This document shows, piece by piece, positions 60,732-64,000 of a stretch of DNA of 64,000 bases. The first letter of the stretch is position 1, and every line of letters begins with the position of its first letter. The notes beneath the pieces were generated by a model. The model did not search any database. It saw nothing but the letters and a program-made list of their open reading frames with translations, and was not told where the DNA came from. Position numbers and translations under genes: made by a program. Origin of the DNA: an uncultured Pseudobdellovibrionaceae bacterium (GTDB taxonomy: Bacteria > Bdellovibrionota > Bdellovibrionia > Bdellovibrionales > UBA1609); NCBI GenBank assembly GCA_963803705.1, contig CAWDNU010000003.1, positions 288,001-352,000 of the forward strand. The letters are read 5' to 3'.

Positions 60732-61450
60732 ACGCAGTAAACGATCGATAGATCGTCATCGTTGTTTTTGTACAGCTTTTCTAACCAGGTTTTTATTTGA
60801 TCGATCCCATCTTCTTTTTTGCTGTAAATATCCTGACAATGTTCTCTAATTTTTTCGAAGGAGTCAAAAAACTGTTCCAATCCGTCAGAGTGAAAAAGAA
60901 TTTGGGAACCTTTATTTAGCTTGATATTTTCTGTAATTTCGAAGCGCGGGTTTTGGATTCCAATACAGTTGACTAAAACGTGATCCTCACCGACTTTGGA
61001 ACCAAAGTGGTCCTCTATTATTTTAGACTGATTATGAATCCAGTTTTGAAATGTCAATTCCCCGTTAGGCTCAAAAATGTAGAATGACGAATCTCCAAGG
61101 CCCAAGTAGTAATTAAACTTTTTAGAAAACACAAAAAGATCAAATGTTGATGCTAAATCCTTTTTAAGATAGTCCTTGTTTCTTTTGATAAGTAGCTCTG
61201 TAATTTTACCCAATCTAGGTTTTTTAGAGCTGATAGAGTCAAAATGTGATTCAAAAGCTTCTACTAAAATTTGCGATGATCTCTCTGGAGAAGATGTTGA
61301 AGAAACGCCATCACAATTGATTAAGTAGTTAAAATTAAGAGTTTCCCCGGCAGAACTATTGTCCCCACAAGGTTTGCCTTCTTTAGATTTAAGAAATCTA
61401 AATCCAAATACATTTTCAAATTCAAAAAAATCTAAAAATAAGCTACTCAA
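60722..61450 (-). CDS. PP2C-family protein phosphatase-like protein
   Basis: CGD, NCDGVSS, LGDS, HSDGL, DDDLS motifs. Confidence 0.8.
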   Translation of the reverse strand: MSSLFLDFFEFENVFGFRFLKSKEGKPCGDNSSAGETLNFNYLINCDGVSSTSSPERSSQILVEAFESHFDSISSKKPRLGKITELLIKRNKDYLKKDLASTFDLFVFSKKFNYYLGLGDSSFYIFEPNGELTFQNWIHNQSKIIEDHFGSKVGEDHVLVNCIGIQNPRFEITENIKLNKGSQILFHSDGLEQFFDSFEKIREHCQDIYSKKEDGIDQIKTWLEKLYKNNDDDLSIVYCVKK

Positions 61451-61867
61451 GTTTTGTGATATCCTATGGTTAAGAACTTATCTTATAGTATAGAGTAACC
61501 TCTACACTATTTTAAAATTAATAAACTTAAGTGCTTATCGGAATTTACGAATCTTTAGTAAAGTTACCGTATATGATGATCTGGCCTATAGACTAGCTAA
61601 ATAAGGCCAAAATAGTTTTTGAATCCCATCTATTTAATTAGTAAGACTCGTCTAGGTTTTGATAAATAGAATTTTTAACTAAGTAAATGCTTTGTACTGC
61701 TGTTCCGGATTTAGACGTAATCCCCCATAGACCGAGTAGTTCCAGTTCGTCCATTAGAAGCTAGGCACTTGATAGGTGTTTAAAATTTCCGAATAGCAAA
61801 ACAATCAAGATAACTCCTTACTTAAGCTTGAAGGAGGACTTATTTTTACCACTTAGGAAATAAAAAA

Positions 61868-61944
<77 letters not shown>

Positions 61945-62036
61945 CCAGGAAGGTCAAATTTAGGCTTTTCAAACCTCAAAGTCAATAGTAGTTTAGACCT
62001 TTAAAGTCTTGTAATAATTAAGCTCAAAAGTGGTTC

Positions 62037-62765
62037 ATGACAAAAAAATCAATTAAAAATTTCAATTTTAAAGAAGGTCAGCTCTTAAACAGTAAGTACA
62101 GAATACTTTCTAGATTAGGAAAGGGTTGGGAAGGCGAAGTTTACGCCATTGAAGAGATAAATACAAAAATAGTAAGAGCCGCCAAATTTTTTTACTCAGC
62201 AAGAAACGCTAAAAATAAAACTTTGCTTGGCTATGCAAAAAAATTAAATAATTTAAACGATGTTACGATTATCATTAAATACATTACCCAAGAGGAAATG
62301 GAGTTTAAGAAGCAGTCGATATTATTTCTTGTCTCTGAATATATTGAAGCGACTAGTCTAGAGGATTATATTAATAGCACTAAGAGAAAAGCTGTGCCTA
62401 TTTTTGAGGCTTCCCATATCTTTTACCAGCTAGTCAAAGGTGTAGAGCAAATACATCTAAAGGGCGAATTTCATGGAGATCTTCATACGGGTAATGTTTT
62501 ACTTAGGCAAAAAGGTCTAGCATTTGAGTTAAAGCTTATAGACCTTTTTTTGTGGAAGGGTAACAAGCGCGAGTTTCAAAGAGCAGATATTGTGGAATTG
62601 ATTCGCATCTTTTACGAGATACTAGGTGGTAAAAAAAATTACAGTAAACTTCCCGGGTCGTTTAAAAATATAATTTGTGGAAAAAGAAATGATTTAATTT
62701 TAAAAAAATTCCCGAAAATTTCAAATTTAAGTGTCACGTTAGAAAATCTAAGTTGGACAGACTAA
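62037..62765 (+). CDS. Standalone Hanks-like protein kinase domain
   Basis: LGKGWEGEVY, AAK, FHGDLHTGNVLL, LIDL (DFG equivalent); short C-lobe. Confidence 0.85.
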   Translation: MTKKSIKNFNFKEGQLLNSKYRILSRLGKGWEGEVYAIEEINTKIVRAAKFFYSARNAKNKTLLGYAKKLNNLNDVTIIIKYITQEEMEFKKQSILFLVSEYIEATSLEDYINSTKRKAVPIFEASHIFYQLVKGVEQIHLKGEFHGDLHTGNVLLRQKGLAFELKLIDLFLWKGNKREFQRADIVELIRIFYEILGGKKNYSKLPGSFKNIICGKRNDLILKKFPKISNLSVTLENLSWTD

Positions 62766-62867
62766 ATTCTAACTCAGCCAGCAGTTTGTAAAACAAAAAT
62801 AATTCTGACTTTATTTCATATTAATATTTGTTTTTGAAAAAATTTGACTATTTAAATCTAAAAATTG

Positions 62868-63329
62868 TTATTGCCAAATTTTAAGCTCCCTTAGAGTAGG
62901 GAGCCTTTTCGAAAGTAAAACCTCTGTGCTTTTAGTTATTTTGCCGTTGTTAAAAGATATTAAGGTCGCTTCTTGATCAAAAATTTTTAATCTATTTATT
63001 AGTCTAAATCCTGGGTCCAAATAAAATTCATCTAGAATATTCTTTGGGATCCCATACTTTTCTAACAAATTTTGGGCTCGGGCTATGGGTTTTTTACCCA
63101 CTACAATTATAAAGTTTTTTGCAGAATTTTTAACTAATTTAGAGATATTATCAAAACAAGATTTGCAGGATGCATTGACGTATAAAATATTTGCTTTACT
63201 GCTTTCGGTTAACAGCACCACTTTATCGGTGTCTTGAATTGACTGCAGCAGAAATGACACTCGAGCTACAGCTTGGTGTGACCATAAAAGATAAGAAAAT
63301 AAGATAACTAGAATGTATTTATTTTTCAT
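62868..63329 (-). CDS. Exported thioredoxin-like hypothetical protein
   Basis: Signal peptide, CKSC motif, FYLDP. Confidence 0.5.
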   Translation of the reverse strand: MKNKYILVILFSYLLWSHQAVARVSFLLQSIQDTDKVVLLTESSKANILYVNASCKSCFDNISKLVKNSAKNFIIVVGKKPIARAQNLLEKYGIPKNILDEFYLDPGFRLINRLKIFDQEATLISFNNGKITKSTEVLLSKRLPTLRELKIWQ

Positions 63330-63342
63330 AATTAATGATTAC

Positions 63343-64000
63343 CTAGTTACCGTATGTTGGCCTAAAAATATAGAGTCCATTCTGGAATTCTCCTATAGAC
63401 ATGGGCGAATTTCTTCTGTTGTTCAAAAATTTCAATGTAAACACCTTGGTAACAGTTTTAAATGGAGTTGTTCTGTTGTCATTACAAATCAGGCCAGCAG
63501 TGATGTCTGCCCTAGGTCCAAGACAATCATAACCGGCCTTAGCGTTAGAGGTAGGATAAATACTAGTGGCTGTGACTCTTATCGAATTTAAAATGTTTCC
63601 TCTAGAAAACTGAGGCTGATCCAATGTAAAGTCCGATACTCTCTCTATAACCAGATCACCGTCATCGGGTGTTAAGACCCCGGTTGCATCAGAGGCACCT
63701 AAATCGATTACAATTCTAGAGCCTCTTCTTGTGTTGTCAAAAACTTCATTCTTTCTAACAAAAAAAACCCCAGTAGGCCTAAATAAGCTTGTTGTTGTTG
63801 TGGCAGCCATATTAGAAAGCCTATTTTCCCGCGCAAAAAACATAAGTGTTGCACTAGGCAAGGCGCCCATAGACGCATCCGTTAGATAATTAAAAACCCT
63901 AACATAGCCGGCACCGCCAGTGCCAGTTTGTCGACCGTTTAAGTCCAGATTCGCGGGTGTTGGCAGCCTTACGTTGACCGCTAGTGAGGCTACATATTTT
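63343..64000 (-). CDS. Hypothetical protein, 5' end outside the window
   Basis: Reading frame stays open from 63870 to the window edge (KYVASLAVNVRLPTPANL...). Confidence 0.6.
   Translation of the reverse strand, partial: KYVASLAVNVRLPTPANLDLNGRQTGTGGAGYVRVFNYLTDASMGALPSATLMFFARENRLSNMAATTTTSLFRPTGVFFVRKNEVFDNTRRGSRIVIDLGASDATGVLTPDDGDLVIERVSDFTLDQPQFSRGNILNSIRVTATSIYPTSNAKAGYDCLGPRADITAGLICNDNRTTPFKTVTKVFTLKFLNNRRNSPMSIGEFQNGLYIFRPTYGN

Overview
AT-rich bacterial chromosomal segment. The gene content (Agl/Glt-type gliding cluster, fadIJ, maeB-hflX, standalone LuxR-type regulator) suggests a Bdellovibrionota predator; this taxonomy is an inference. In order: purC-purS-purQ-purL-purF; a broken FMN-binding glutamate-synthase-family gene; a peptidoglycan-recycling operon (LD-carboxypeptidase, serine hydrolase, mpl); and mutS-glnD, both carrying the same modular in-frame 36/60-bp repeat. 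An accessory region (about 18.8-38.1 kb) holds a DTE proton-pumping xanthorhodopsin-like rhodopsin with blh, a voltage-gated K+ channel, a frameshifted katE followed by radical-SAM and DUF4130-UdgX genes, a FAN1-like VRR-NUC/DEDDh exonuclease fusion divergent from an imuA-imuB-dnaE2 cassette, and general-stress genes. Then come hflX/maeB, fadI/fadJ, DUF4254-GT9-manC, a 10-gene gliding-motility cluster, a candidate sigma54-driven CsrA-binding sRNA, a PP2C-like phosphatase, initiator tRNA-fMet and a protein kinase. The most notable items are the coding repeat shared by mutS and glnD, the candidate CsrA-sponge sRNA with a matching hairpin on the LuxR start codon, the rhodopsin+blh pair with no adjacent carotenoid genes, and the FAN1-exonuclease/mutasome pairing. 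All calls come from motif recognition by eye; no searches were run.
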